Origin: an uncultured Bacillales bacterium
GTDB taxonomy: Bacteria > Bacillota_I > Bacilli_A > RF39 > UBA660
Assembly (NCBI GenBank): GCA_947564265.1
Contig: CANOBK010000004.1
Span: 69,583-133,582 of the forward strand
DNA: 64,000 bases
Reading direction: 5' to 3'
Below, piece after piece: positions 56,276 through 64,000 of this stretch. Numbering within the stretch: position 1 is the first letter of the stretch; every line of letters starts with the position of its first letter. Below the pieces are notes generated by a model, which saw nothing but the letters and a program-made list of their open reading frames with translations, was not told the origin of the DNA and did not search any database. The position numbers and the translations under genes are program-made.

Positions 56276-57139
56276 ATGGTAAATGTTAAGGTTAATTTAA
56301 ATTATTTTAATAGTACCATTTTAGATGGTAATATGAATACGGCACCAAGATTTTATAAAGAGGGAATGACAAGAGAAGAAATAAAAAAAGATTTTACAGA
56401 AAGAAGAATTAAACTTGGAGAGCAATACGGATTTGACGGATTAAAAATTTTAACACCTATTCAAAAGTCTAGACCTAATTTAGAAGATAAATCGGAAGAA
56501 GAAAAACAAGTTCTTTTAGACAAATATCATTCTAAGTATCCAGACGGTTATTATGTAAGAATCACAGAAGATATGATTGAAGGTTATGAAGATCTTTACG
56601 ATTTAGATATTTACTCAGATATTTTAATGATAGGAAAAGAATTACCAAAAATTGCACTTGCTTATCCAGTTGCTGATTGTCCTGTTTTATTTGTAGAAGA
56701 TACCAAAAATAATGTAGTGGCAATGGCACATTGTGGAGGAGAGTATATCGATCGATGCTTACCATCTCAAATGATTGATGCGATTCGAAGTGAAACTGAT
56801 GTAAAAGTAGAAGATATTTCAGTTACAGTGGGTCCTTATGCACACAAAGAAAACTTTACTTATAATGGAATCCCAAAATGGGTTCAGAACTTCAATGTTT
56901 GGAGTAGAGCTTTAGAAAATAAAAGTGGCTATATGCATATAGATATGGAAATGGCTATCCGAAATCAACTTCTAAAACAAGGTGTAGATGCTTACAATAT
57001 TCATTTTTCTGAATTAGATACGATTACAGATCCAAGATTTTATTCAAATAATAGAGCAAGTATTGATAAAGAAAAGTCAGGAAGATTTTATAGTGGATGT
57101 TTCTATAGTCAATGCAAAGAAAAATGTAAAACATTATAA
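56276..57139 (+). CDS. YfiH/PgeF (DUF152) family protein
   Basis: ADCPVLFVEDTKNNVVAMAHCGGEY and RFYS motifs of the polyphenol oxidase/purine nucleoside phosphorylase YfiH family. Confidence 0.75.
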   Translation: MVNVKVNLNYFNSTILDGNMNTAPRFYKEGMTREEIKKDFTERRIKLGEQYGFDGLKILTPIQKSRPNLEDKSEEEKQVLLDKYHSKYPDGYYVRITEDMIEGYEDLYDLDIYSDILMIGKELPKIALAYPVADCPVLFVEDTKNNVVAMAHCGGEYIDRCLPSQMIDAIRSETDVKVEDISVTVGPYAHKENFTYNGIPKWVQNFNVWSRALENKSGYMHIDMEMAIRNQLLKQGVDAYNIHFSELDTITDPRFYSNNRASIDKEKSGRFYSGCFYSQCKEKCKTL

Positions 57140-57268
57140 AATTAAGTTAAACTCTAAAAGATATTATTAAAATATAATTAAAGTAGAAGTGATAGATGAA
57201 AGTCGATTCTTAGAATCGTCTTTTTTCTATTATCATCTTATTTTATAAAGAGATTTGCTTAAAAATGA

Positions 57269-57297
57269 TTGACTTTATAGAAACTCTATGATATCAT
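57269..57297 (+). promoter_or_regulatory. sigma-A-type promoter of the rplU operon
   Basis: TTGACT (57269-57274), 17-nt spacer, TATCAT (57292-57297). Confidence 0.6.
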
Positions 57298-57299
57298 TT

Positions 57300-57395
57300 T
57301 AGATGTTTGAAGCCTTCCATGGTATCAAACCACATTGAAAAGGTCAAAAAAGTAGAAATACTACCTTAAAAGTGAGTCAGAAATCTAATAAAGGA
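57300..57395 (+). promoter_or_regulatory. structured leader, candidate ribosomal protein L21 leader
   Basis: Hairpin GTTTGA..TCAAAC enclosing CCATGG, second hairpin GTAG..CTAC; position upstream of rplU as for the Firmicute L21 leader. Confidence 0.45.
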
Positions 57396-57404
57396 GGTAT
57401 ATTC

Positions 57405-57707
57405 ATGAACGCAGTGATTAAAACAGGTGGTAAACAATATCTTGTTTCTGAAGGAAGTGTAATTTTTATTGAAAAGTTAGCTTTAAATGAAGGAGACAAA
57501 GTTGTTTTTGATGAGGTTTTAATGCTTGATAGTAAAGTAGGAAATCCTTACGTTAACAAAGCTAGTGTTGAGGGTGTTGTTTTAAAACAAGGAAAAAACA
57601 AGAAGATTCGTGTCTTCAAGTACAAATCAAAAGATAGAAGTAACAGAAGAACCCTTGGACATAGACAACCTTATACAAAAGTTGAAATTAAGAAAATTAA
57701 TGGGTAA
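57405..57707 (+). CDS. rplU: 50S ribosomal protein L21
   Basis: [17 protein letters not shown]...[11 protein letters not shown]; RBS AAAGGAGG. Confidence 0.95.
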   Translation: MNAVIKTGGKQYLVSEGSVIFIEKLALNEGDKVVFDEVLMLDSKVGNPYVNKASVEGVVLKQGKNKKIRVFKYKSKDRSNRRTLGHRQPYTKVEIKKING

Positions 57708-57713
57708 ATTGGA

Positions 57714-58016
57714 ATGATAAAAGTAAGAATCGAAAGAGAAAGGGAATCCTTAAAAAAAGTTACCATTACAGGTCATGCTAACTATGATGATTATGGAAAA
57801 GACATTGTTTGTAGTAGTGTTAGTAGTATTGTCATTACGACAGTCAATGGAATTTTAGAGATTAATCCTAAGTATCTAGCGGTGATAGAAACGAAAGATA
57901 AGATGGAAATTGAAATAAAAGAACAAGATGAAATCTGTATTAAGTTAATGAACAATATGATTTCTCTTCTAGAGGAATTATCCAAAAGTTATCCAAAAAA
58001 TATAACAATTCAGTAA
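57714..58016 (+). CDS. prp: ribosomal-processing cysteine protease Prp
   Basis: Sits between rplU and rpmA; GHANYDDYGKDIVCSSVSSI contains the His/Cys dyad context. Confidence 0.85.
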   Translation: MIKVRIERERESLKKVTITGHANYDDYGKDIVCSSVSSIVITTVNGILEINPKYLAVIETKDKMEIEIKEQDEICIKLMNNMISLLEELSKSYPKNITIQ

Positions 58017-58028
58017 GGAGGAAAATAC

Positions 58029-58325
58029 ATGAACAGATTAGTATTAAATATACAATATTTTGCTCACCATAAAGGACAAGGTTCTACATCTAATGGTCGT
58101 GATTCTGCTGGACGTAGACTAGGAGCAAAAGCTGCTGATGGAGAATTTGTTACAGCAGGTTCTATTATCTATCGTCAAAGAGGAACTAAAATTTTTCCTG
58201 GAAACAATGTAGGACGTGGAAACGATGATACGTTATTTGCTAAGGTTTCAGGAATCGTTAAATTTGAACGTGTAGGTAGAGATAAAAAACAAGCAAGTGT
58301 ATATAGTGTAAGTGCAGAAGAATAG
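58029..58325 (+). CDS. rpmA: 50S ribosomal protein L27 with N-terminal propeptide
   Basis: [26 protein letters not shown]...; the extension before AHHKG is the Prp cleavage context. Confidence 0.95.
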   Translation: MNRLVLNIQYFAHHKGQGSTSNGRDSAGRRLGAKAADGEFVTAGSIIYRQRGTKIFPGNNVGRGNDDTLFAKVSGIVKFERVGRDKKQASVYSVSAEE

Positions 58326-58345
58326 TTTATGCTATTCTTTTTTTC
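58319..58345 (+). terminator. rho-independent terminator
   Basis: AGAATAG (58319-58325) / CTATTCT (58332-58338), then T7. Confidence 0.75.
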
Positions 58346-58460
58346 TGAAAAGGTTATTAAATAATAATTAGTATTGCCTTTGACGGGGTTAACAGAAAAT
58401 GGTATAATAATTCCAACTTTATTAGCAAATAATCGTCAAATAAAAGTAACGGAGAGAATT

Positions 58461-58934
58461 ATGAAATTAACAAAGGAAAATGTAGATAGAATATTTAGTG
58501 AGTGTGAATGGCCATTTCAGGAGTGGAATGATAAAAAAATACCGATAGATCAAGCACCAGATGGTGCAATGTTGTTGATTCCATTACCGTCAGGGTTAAA
58601 TGTGGCTACCTTTCATCCGGAAAAGTTAAAGCAATATAGTCAAGAAATTGGTGAATTGTTAGATCAGGTTCCTTATTTAAGCCAAAAAACAGGAATCTCA
58701 TTTTCGATGTTAGGCCGTACTGTAGATGGAATCACTTGGGCGGTAAATCCTTATGAAATACAAAAATTATATCTATTAGGAGTAGCAACAGATCAATTAA
58801 TTTCTATTTCAATAAATGGAGCTATCTCGATTGGAAGAATTCCGAAGGAAAAATCAGCGAGTAGTCTTGTTAGTGTAGGGGAAGATGGTAATAAAATTAT
58901 TGCAAAGAGGTTCTTTATGAACCTTAAAAAATAA
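58461..58934 (+). CDS. hypothetical protein
   Basis: ATG 58461 after ACGGAGAG; 157 aa, no recognised domain. Confidence 0.55.
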   Translation: MKLTKENVDRIFSECEWPFQEWNDKKIPIDQAPDGAMLLIPLPSGLNVATFHPEKLKQYSQEIGELLDQVPYLSQKTGISFSMLGRTVDGITWAVNPYEIQKLYLLGVATDQLISISINGAISIGRIPKEKSASSLVSVGEDGNKIIAKRFFMNLKK

Positions 58935-58988
58935 AATCATAGTATAATATAAATAATTACTCGAGTAAAAAAGAAAGGAGTCGCCTCT

Positions 58989-60263
58989 ATGTTTATAGAT
59001 GAAGTCACAATTGAAGTACATGCTGGAAATGGTGGAGATGGATGTCTTGCTTTTCGTCGTGAAAAATATATTCCAATGGGAGGACCCTTCGGTGGAAATG
59101 GTGGTCGTGGAAGCAACATCGTTTTTAAAGTAGATACGGGTCTTCATACCTTACTAGATCTCCGATATAATCGTATTATTAAAGGGAAAAAAGGAGAAAA
59201 TGGACAAGGGAAAAACTGTCATGGAAAAAACAGTGAAGATGTTATTATTCGAGTACCTCAAGGAACGGTTGTTACCGATACTGATAGTGGTTTGATTGTT
59301 GCAGATTTAAAAGGAAAAGAAGATGAAATAATTGTTGCTTATGGTGGACGCGGTGGACGTGGAAATACAGCTTTTAAAACACAAAGTAATCCAGCTCCTA
59401 ATTTCTCAGAAAAAGGGGAACCTGGAGAAGTAAAATATTTAAAAGTAGAACTAAAACTACTCGCAGATGTTGGATTAGTTGGTCTTCCAAGTGTCGGAAA
59501 AAGTACTTTGATTTCTCAAGTATCAAAATCAAAACCAAAAATTGCAGCATATCACTTTACCACATTAACTCCAAATCTTGGTGTATGTAGAAGTAAGGAT
59601 GGACGAAGTTTTGTGATGGCAGATTTACCAGGATTAATTGAAGGAGCTAGTCAGGGAGAAGGATTAGGAGATCGCTTTTTACGACATATTGAAAGAACAA
59701 AAGTAATCGCTCATGTCATTGATATGTCTGGTTTTGAAGGAAGAAATCCTTATGATGATTATCAAGTGATTCAAAATGAATTAAAATCATTCAGTGAAAA
59801 ATTAGTAAAAAAACCTCAAATTATTATCGCAAATAAAATGGATTTAGAAAATGCTGAAGAAAATTTAAAAGAATTTAAGAAAAAAGTCAGTGTACCTGTT
59901 TATCCAGTCAGTGCGATGAATCAAAAGGGATTAGATCCTGTCTTAACAGTTCTTGCGGACTTATTAGATTCAATTCAGGATACGCCTTTATATGAGGAAG
60001 ATCAATTTGAAGGACATGTATTATATAAATTTAAGAAAGAGGAACCTTATACAATTACGAGAGAAGATAATGGTGATTTTGTAATTCATGGAGAAGAAAT
60101 TGAAAAACTATTTAAAATGACAAACTTTCAAACAGAGGATGGAATGCTTCGTTTTACGAAACGACTTCGTAAAATGGGAATTGATGACAAGCTAGAAGAG
60201 ATGGGTGCGCAAGAAGGGGATATTGTACATCTGTTGGATTTTAACTTTGAATATAGAAAATAA
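58989..60263 (+). CDS. obg: GTPase Obg
   Basis: MFIDEVTIEVHAGNGGDGCLAFRREK Gly-rich Obg fold, G1 GLPSVGKST, DLPGLIEGAS, NKMD, OCT C-terminal domain. Confidence 0.95.
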   Translation: MFIDEVTIEVHAGNGGDGCLAFRREKYIPMGGPFGGNGGRGSNIVFKVDTGLHTLLDLRYNRIIKGKKGENGQGKNCHGKNSEDVIIRVPQGTVVTDTDSGLIVADLKGKEDEIIVAYGGRGGRGNTAFKTQSNPAPNFSEKGEPGEVKYLKVELKLLADVGLVGLPSVGKSTLISQVSKSKPKIAAYHFTTLTPNLGVCRSKDGRSFVMADLPGLIEGASQGEGLGDRFLRHIERTKVIAHVIDMSGFEGRNPYDDYQVIQNELKSFSEKLVKKPQIIIANKMDLENAEENLKEFKKKVSVPVYPVSAMNQKGLDPVLTVLADLLDSIQDTPLYEEDQFEGHVLYKFKKEEPYTITREDNGDFVIHGEEIEKLFKMTNFQTEDGMLRFTKRLRKMGIDDKLEEMGAQEGDIVHLLDFNFEYRK

Positions 60264-60307
60264 AAGATAAGAATTCTAAGAAAAATCCTTAATTCTTATC
60301 TTTTTTT
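60264..60307. terminator. bidirectional terminator
   Basis: GATAAGAATT (60266-60275) / AATTCTTATC (60291-60300), perfect 10-bp stem, T-run; overlaps the 3' end of the minus-strand gene. Confidence 0.7.
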
Positions 60308-60645
60308 AGTAGGCCTGAATCCTCTAGTTTTAATTGGTGACCAATTTGTATATTTTGAGCACTTCCCAAAGGAAGTTCAAATACATAGTAAGCTTTAGAA
60401 ATTGGCCATAAAATCCGATTTTTATGGAAATTTTCGTATTGAGCGACTACCTTTAAATCAGAATCGCATAAAACTAAATCTATCTCTTGAAACATAAAGA
60501 AAGTATGAATAGAATTGCAATGTGGAAAGCACTTTCCTGTTGTAATTTTTTTTCTTTGAAACATAAATCCTATCAAACGTTTCCTAAAAGTATTGCAGAG
60601 TTCAATTTCAATTTGCTGATTTGGAGTTATTAATTTTAAACTCAA
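60289..60645 (-). CDS. DUF192-family protein
   Basis: RLIGFMFQRK...CNSIHTFFMFQEIDLVLCDSDLKVV follows the DUF192 (COG1430) pattern. Confidence 0.65.
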   Translation of the reverse strand: MSLKLITPNQQIEIELCNTFRKRLIGFMFQRKKITTGKCFPHCNSIHTFFMFQEIDLVLCDSDLKVVAQYENFHKNRILWPISKAYYVFELPLGSAQNIQIGHQLKLEDSGLLKKDKN

Positions 60646-60742
60646 CGTCCATCACCAAATCTATTATACAAGTAAAAAACAAAATTGACAAATACCATAA
60701 TTTCCTATAAACTTAAACTATAAAGTAAAGGGTGGGATCAAT

Positions 60743-60982
60743 ATGAAACTAGGAAGTCGTAGTACTAGAGGTCAAGCACTTGTAGAATATGTATTAATTA
60801 TCGCACTGATTTCTGTCATTATTGTTGCTGTTGTAAAAATATTAGGTGGCTATCTAATGGATTCGATTACCAAAACATCTTGTTCTGTCAAAGGAGCAGA
60901 TTATGAATATGTGGAAGGTAAAAAGGCAGGAGAAGGAAAATGTGTAGATACTAACGAAGAAGAAATGGAAGAGGAATCATGA
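60743..60982 (+). CDS. flp: Flp-family type IVb pilin
   Basis: Leader MKLGSRSTRG then QALVEYVLIIALISVIIVAVV (G/XXXXEY Flp motif plus hydrophobic helix); RBS AAGGGTGGG. Confidence 0.8.
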   Translation: MKLGSRSTRGQALVEYVLIIALISVIIVAVVKILGGYLMDSITKTSCSVKGADYEYVEGKKAGEGKCVDTNEEEMEEES

Positions 60983-61040
60983 AAAAGATTTCCTCTTTTT
61001 TAAAAACATGATATAATGAAAGATAATAGGGGTGGCGTCA

Positions 61041-61400
61041 GTGAGGTTAAAAAACAATGGTCAAGCATTAATTGAATTTGTCTTAATTTTACCAGTATTC
61101 TTACTGATTCTTTTTGCGTTGATTGACTTTGGACGTCTTTTTTATGAAAAAATAGAACTAGAAAATCGTTTTCAAACAAGCTTAGAGGTGTATCAGAAAG
61201 AAAAAAATTATGAAGAAGCACTTCGACTTTTAAATGAGGGTCAAGAAAAGGAGGCTACATTAGAGACAAAACAGTTTGATTCTTATATGGAAATGACGAC
61301 TTCAGTTCCGTTTGAATTTTTAACACCAGGACTTTCTACAGTTTTAGGAAATCCCTATCATATTAAAATAGAAAGGACGATTCCTTATGTTGCGGAATAG
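61041..61400 (+). CDS. TadE-like pseudopilin/pilus assembly protein
   Basis: NNGQALIEFVLILPVFLLILFALIDFGR is a TadE N-terminal signature; GTG 61041 after AGGGGTGG. Confidence 0.7.
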   Translation: MRLKNNGQALIEFVLILPVFLLILFALIDFGRLFYEKIELENRFQTSLEVYQKEKNYEEALRLLNEGQEKEATLETKQFDSYMEMTTSVPFEFLTPGLSTVLGNPYHIKIERTIPYVAE

Positions 61401-61728
61401 TTCTTTGAATAATCATGGGCAAGTTTTAATCTTATTTGTTTTAATCTTACCTGTACTACTTCTTAGTGTGTTTGTTTTTCTTTCGTACTGTACAGCTCGC
61501 TATGAACAGAAGAGTCTTAAAAATATTGCGGAACTTAGTTGTCGTTATGCCTTAGAAGGAAAGGGAGAAAATGAAGTAAGGGAGTTAATTAAAAAGAACG
61601 ATTCAGAGATTGAAGAAATAGAGATAAAATGGAAAACAAAGCAAGTTGAAATCGTATTAAAAAAAGAAATAACGATTTTATTCTTAAATCAAAAAATGTC
61701 CATTCAAGAATCGGTGGAATGTGAATAA
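61387..61728 (+). CDS. TadE/TadF-like pilus assembly protein
   Basis: NNHGQVLILFVLILPVLLLSVFVF prepilin-like N-terminus; overlaps the previous gene. Confidence 0.6.
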   Translation: MLRNSSLNNHGQVLILFVLILPVLLLSVFVFLSYCTARYEQKSLKNIAELSCRYALEGKGENEVRELIKKNDSEIEEIEIKWKTKQVEIVLKKEITILFLNQKMSIQESVECE

Positions 61729-61740
61729 TGGGAGGAAAAT

Positions 61741-62529
61741 ATGAGAAGTGAAAAGGGGAAAATTGTAACTGTTACCTCCGCAAAAGGTGGCGTTGGAAAA
61801 AGTATATTTTTATTAAATCTAGCAGGAATTTATCAGAAACTTGGAAAAAAGGTACTACTATTAGATCTTGATTTTAGTGGAGGGTCTTTGGCAGTTTCTT
61901 TAAATGTAGCAGTTTCTAAGACAATTTATAATGCGATTGATGATTTAGTACATAACAGGTACCTTGGAATTGAAGAGTATATTTCTTCCTATAGTGATCT
62001 CATTGATGTTGTATCTTGTCCAAAAGACCCAAGACAAGCGACAAAAATAGAAATTCGTTATTTAGACACTTTTTTAGAAAGGGCTTCTTTTGCTTATGAT
62101 ATCATTTTAGTAGATACGACACATGGGTTCTCTAAAAATAATATTGTAATTTATGATAATTCCGATATGATTGTTTATGTAATGTCAAATGACTTACTAG
62201 ACTTAAAAAATAGTAAGAACTTTATGAGTATTATGAAAGATATTGAAATGGATCATCTTCGTGTAATCTTGAATCATAGTTTAGTTCCAAACGAGAACTA
62301 CTTTAGTAACTTTGACATTCGTACGATGATTCAGTGGAACATCGATTATACATTACCTACTGATTATTATATTAAAAACATAACTGGGTACTTACTAGAG
62401 GGGATGATTCCTTCTTTAGATCAAAAAACCTGGGATCGGAAATATCAGAAAGATAAAAAACAACTCATTAAAATGGCAACCGATTTTATAGGGGAGGATG
62501 ATTATAGTGGCGAAGAAAACGTTGACTGA
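61741..62529 (+). CDS. TadZ/CpaE-like ParA/MinD-fold ATPase
   Basis: Deviant Walker A TSAKGGVGKS; positioned between pseudopilins and the secretion ATPase. Confidence 0.75.
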   Translation: MRSEKGKIVTVTSAKGGVGKSIFLLNLAGIYQKLGKKVLLLDLDFSGGSLAVSLNVAVSKTIYNAIDDLVHNRYLGIEEYISSYSDLIDVVSCPKDPRQATKIEIRYLDTFLERASFAYDIILVDTTHGFSKNNIVIYDNSDMIVYVMSNDLLDLKNSKNFMSIMKDIEMDHLRVILNHSLVPNENYFSNFDIRTMIQWNIDYTLPTDYYIKNITGYLLEGMIPSLDQKTWDRKYQKDKKQLIKMATDFIGEDDYSGEENVD

Positions 62530-63868
62530 AGAGTTTGAATTAGATACTAGTATTCGAAAACCTATTAAAATTATTAAAGATTACGAGATTTTTAAGGATA
62601 AAGAACTATTAGATCAGTTAAGGGTTCAGATTATTCAAAATATGTTGGATAATAAAATTCCAGAAAATATGCCTTTAGCGGAATATATTAATACAGAAAT
62701 TGATCGAAGTTTAGAGGGGTATGATTTATCAAATTTAGAAAGAGATCATATCTTTAACCTCATCGAAAATGAAATTCAAGGATTCGGACCAATTACAGAA
62801 TTGCTAGATGATGGAAACGTAACGGAAATCATGGTTAATGGTCCCAATGACATTTATATTGAAATCGATGGTAAAATTATCAAGGATGATACTATTTCCT
62901 TTATTAATAATGATCACATTTTAAGAACGATTGAGAGAATGATTCAACCATTAGGAAGAACAATTGATATTTCGAATCCGATGGTCGATTCTCATTTACC
63001 AGATGGTTCTAGAATTAATGCGATTATTCCTCCTCTTAGTTTAAAAGGACCTATTTTAACGATACGTAAATTTAGTAATCATTTAAATACAATTGAGGAT
63101 TTAATTCGCTTTGGAACTCTTACCCCTTACATGGCAAGATTTTTAGAAGCGGCTGTGTTGTCGAAATTAAATATTCTTGTATGTGGGGGAACAGGAAGCG
63201 GAAAAACTACAATTTTAAATGTACTCTCTAACTTTATCTCAGAAGAGGAGAGAATTATTACGATTGAAGATGCAGCAGAATTAAAACTGAGACAAGGTCA
63301 TGTAATTTCTTTGGAAACGAGAAATACAAATTATGATAACGGAAAAGAAGTATCCATTCGAGACTTGGTTCGTAATTCTCTTCGAATGAGACCTGATCGC
63401 ATTATTGTAGGAGAAGTTCGTGGGAAAGAAGCATTTGACATGTTACAGGCAATGAATACAGGTCATGATGGGAGTCTTACAACACTTCATGCGAATAGTC
63501 CTTCAGATGCTTTAAATCGATTGGAAACAATGGTTTTAATGGGAGAAATGGAAATTCCAGTTAGCGCGATTCGTGAATACGTTGAAAGCGCTATTGATGT
63601 TGTCATTCAGATTGAAAGACTGAGTGATGGTCGTAGAAAGATTACCAGTATTTCTGAAGTTGTCGGTATGAAAAATGGAGAAATTGAATTACAAGAGATT
63701 TTTGCTTTCCGTAGAAAAGGATTAACTTCTAACGGAGAAGTAGATGGAGAATTTATTTTATACAATTATATTCCAAAGGTTTATAAGACAATTACTAGTC
63801 GAGGAATTGATAGTGTTGATGATATTTTTGAGCCTTTGAAGAAAAATAGTAGAAAAAAGGTAGCGTAA
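62507..63868 (+). CDS. tadA: Tad pilus secretion ATPase (CpaF/TadA)
   Basis: Walker [43 protein letters not shown]; GTG 62507 has better spacing to GGAGG than ATG 62498. Confidence 0.9.
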   Translation: MAKKTLTEEFELDTSIRKPIKIIKDYEIFKDKELLDQLRVQIIQNMLDNKIPENMPLAEYINTEIDRSLEGYDLSNLERDHIFNLIENEIQGFGPITELLDDGNVTEIMVNGPNDIYIEIDGKIIKDDTISFINNDHILRTIERMIQPLGRTIDISNPMVDSHLPDGSRINAIIPPLSLKGPILTIRKFSNHLNTIEDLIRFGTLTPYMARFLEAAVLSKLNILVCGGTGSGKTTILNVLSNFISEEERIITIEDAAELKLRQGHVISLETRNTNYDNGKEVSIRDLVRNSLRMRPDRIIVGEVRGKEAFDMLQAMNTGHDGSLTTLHANSPSDALNRLETMVLMGEMEIPVSAIREYVESAIDVVIQIERLSDGRRKITSISEVVGMKNGEIELQEIFAFRRKGLTSNGEVDGEFILYNYIPKVYKTITSRGIDSVDDIFEPLKKNSRKKVA

Positions 63869-63893
63869 GCAAAAAAGAAAGAAGGGATGTTTT

Positions 63894-64000
63894 ATGCCAA
63901 TTAAGATAGAGCCAGTGATACTTATCGTTATTGGTATTTTACTCTTTCTATTTTTAGGAGTCTATCTCCTAATTTCAAAGTTTTATGGTGTCTATCGTCT
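63894..64000 (+). CDS. 5' end of probable TadB-like pilus membrane protein (truncated by window)
   Basis: ATG 63894 after GAAGGGA; hydrophobic N-terminus PVILIVIGILLFLFLGVYLLI; position follows tadA. Confidence 0.5.
   Translation, partial: MPIKIEPVILIVIGILLFLFLGVYLLISKFYGVYR

Overview
AT-rich, low-GC Bacillota-type chromosomal segment with about 95 supportable genes. No rRNA, CRISPR array, transposase, integrase or phage structural gene was recognised.

Layout:
- 1-7.3 kb: 3' end of infB, a J-like protein, an OmpR/histidine-kinase pair, a sigma factor and murC.
- 7.4-11.2 kb: minus-strand CYTH and DUF1653 genes, an ORF interrupted by an in-frame TAA, an ASCH-domain fusion (+ strand), and three tandem collagen-like (GXY) genes.
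- 11.4-44.5 kb: every convincing gene is on the + strand. A lone tRNA(CAU) sits at 12324-12400, followed by about 20 kb of small unrelated cassettes. These include a yjdF/DUF2992 gene with a structured leader, ccdA plus thioredoxin, four membrane-tethered XRE regulators, an ECF sigma/anti-sigma pair, lipoproteins, a GNAT-YoaP protein, a radical SAM protein, SRPBCC, PNPOx, a GntR-ABC operon and PEBP. Then come rarA, redox genes, csoR-copZ-copA and an HD-GYP protein.
- 45-64 kb: mostly core genes (yidD, rnc, RNase J, polysaccharide deacetylase, rplU-prp-rpmA-obg), several large uncharacterised acidic proteins, and the start of a Flp/Tad pilus locus.

Most unusual signal: the cassette junctions between 12.6 and 32.6 kb carry a reiterated, co-oriented module. 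It consists of a 13-nt near-palindromic box (AAATTACAATTTA) placed right after the stop codon, then a covarying hairpin with a T-run, then an extended -10 promoter (TGnTATAAT). A 25-nt perfect direct repeat of this module brackets the 16.5 kb between the tRNA and rarA.

Caveat: three genes (rarA, an SRPBCC gene, a tandem paralog) are each broken by a homopolymer one base too short. Assembly error is therefore a serious possibility. The rarA break does fall on a canonical in-frame A_AAA_AAG slippery heptamer.
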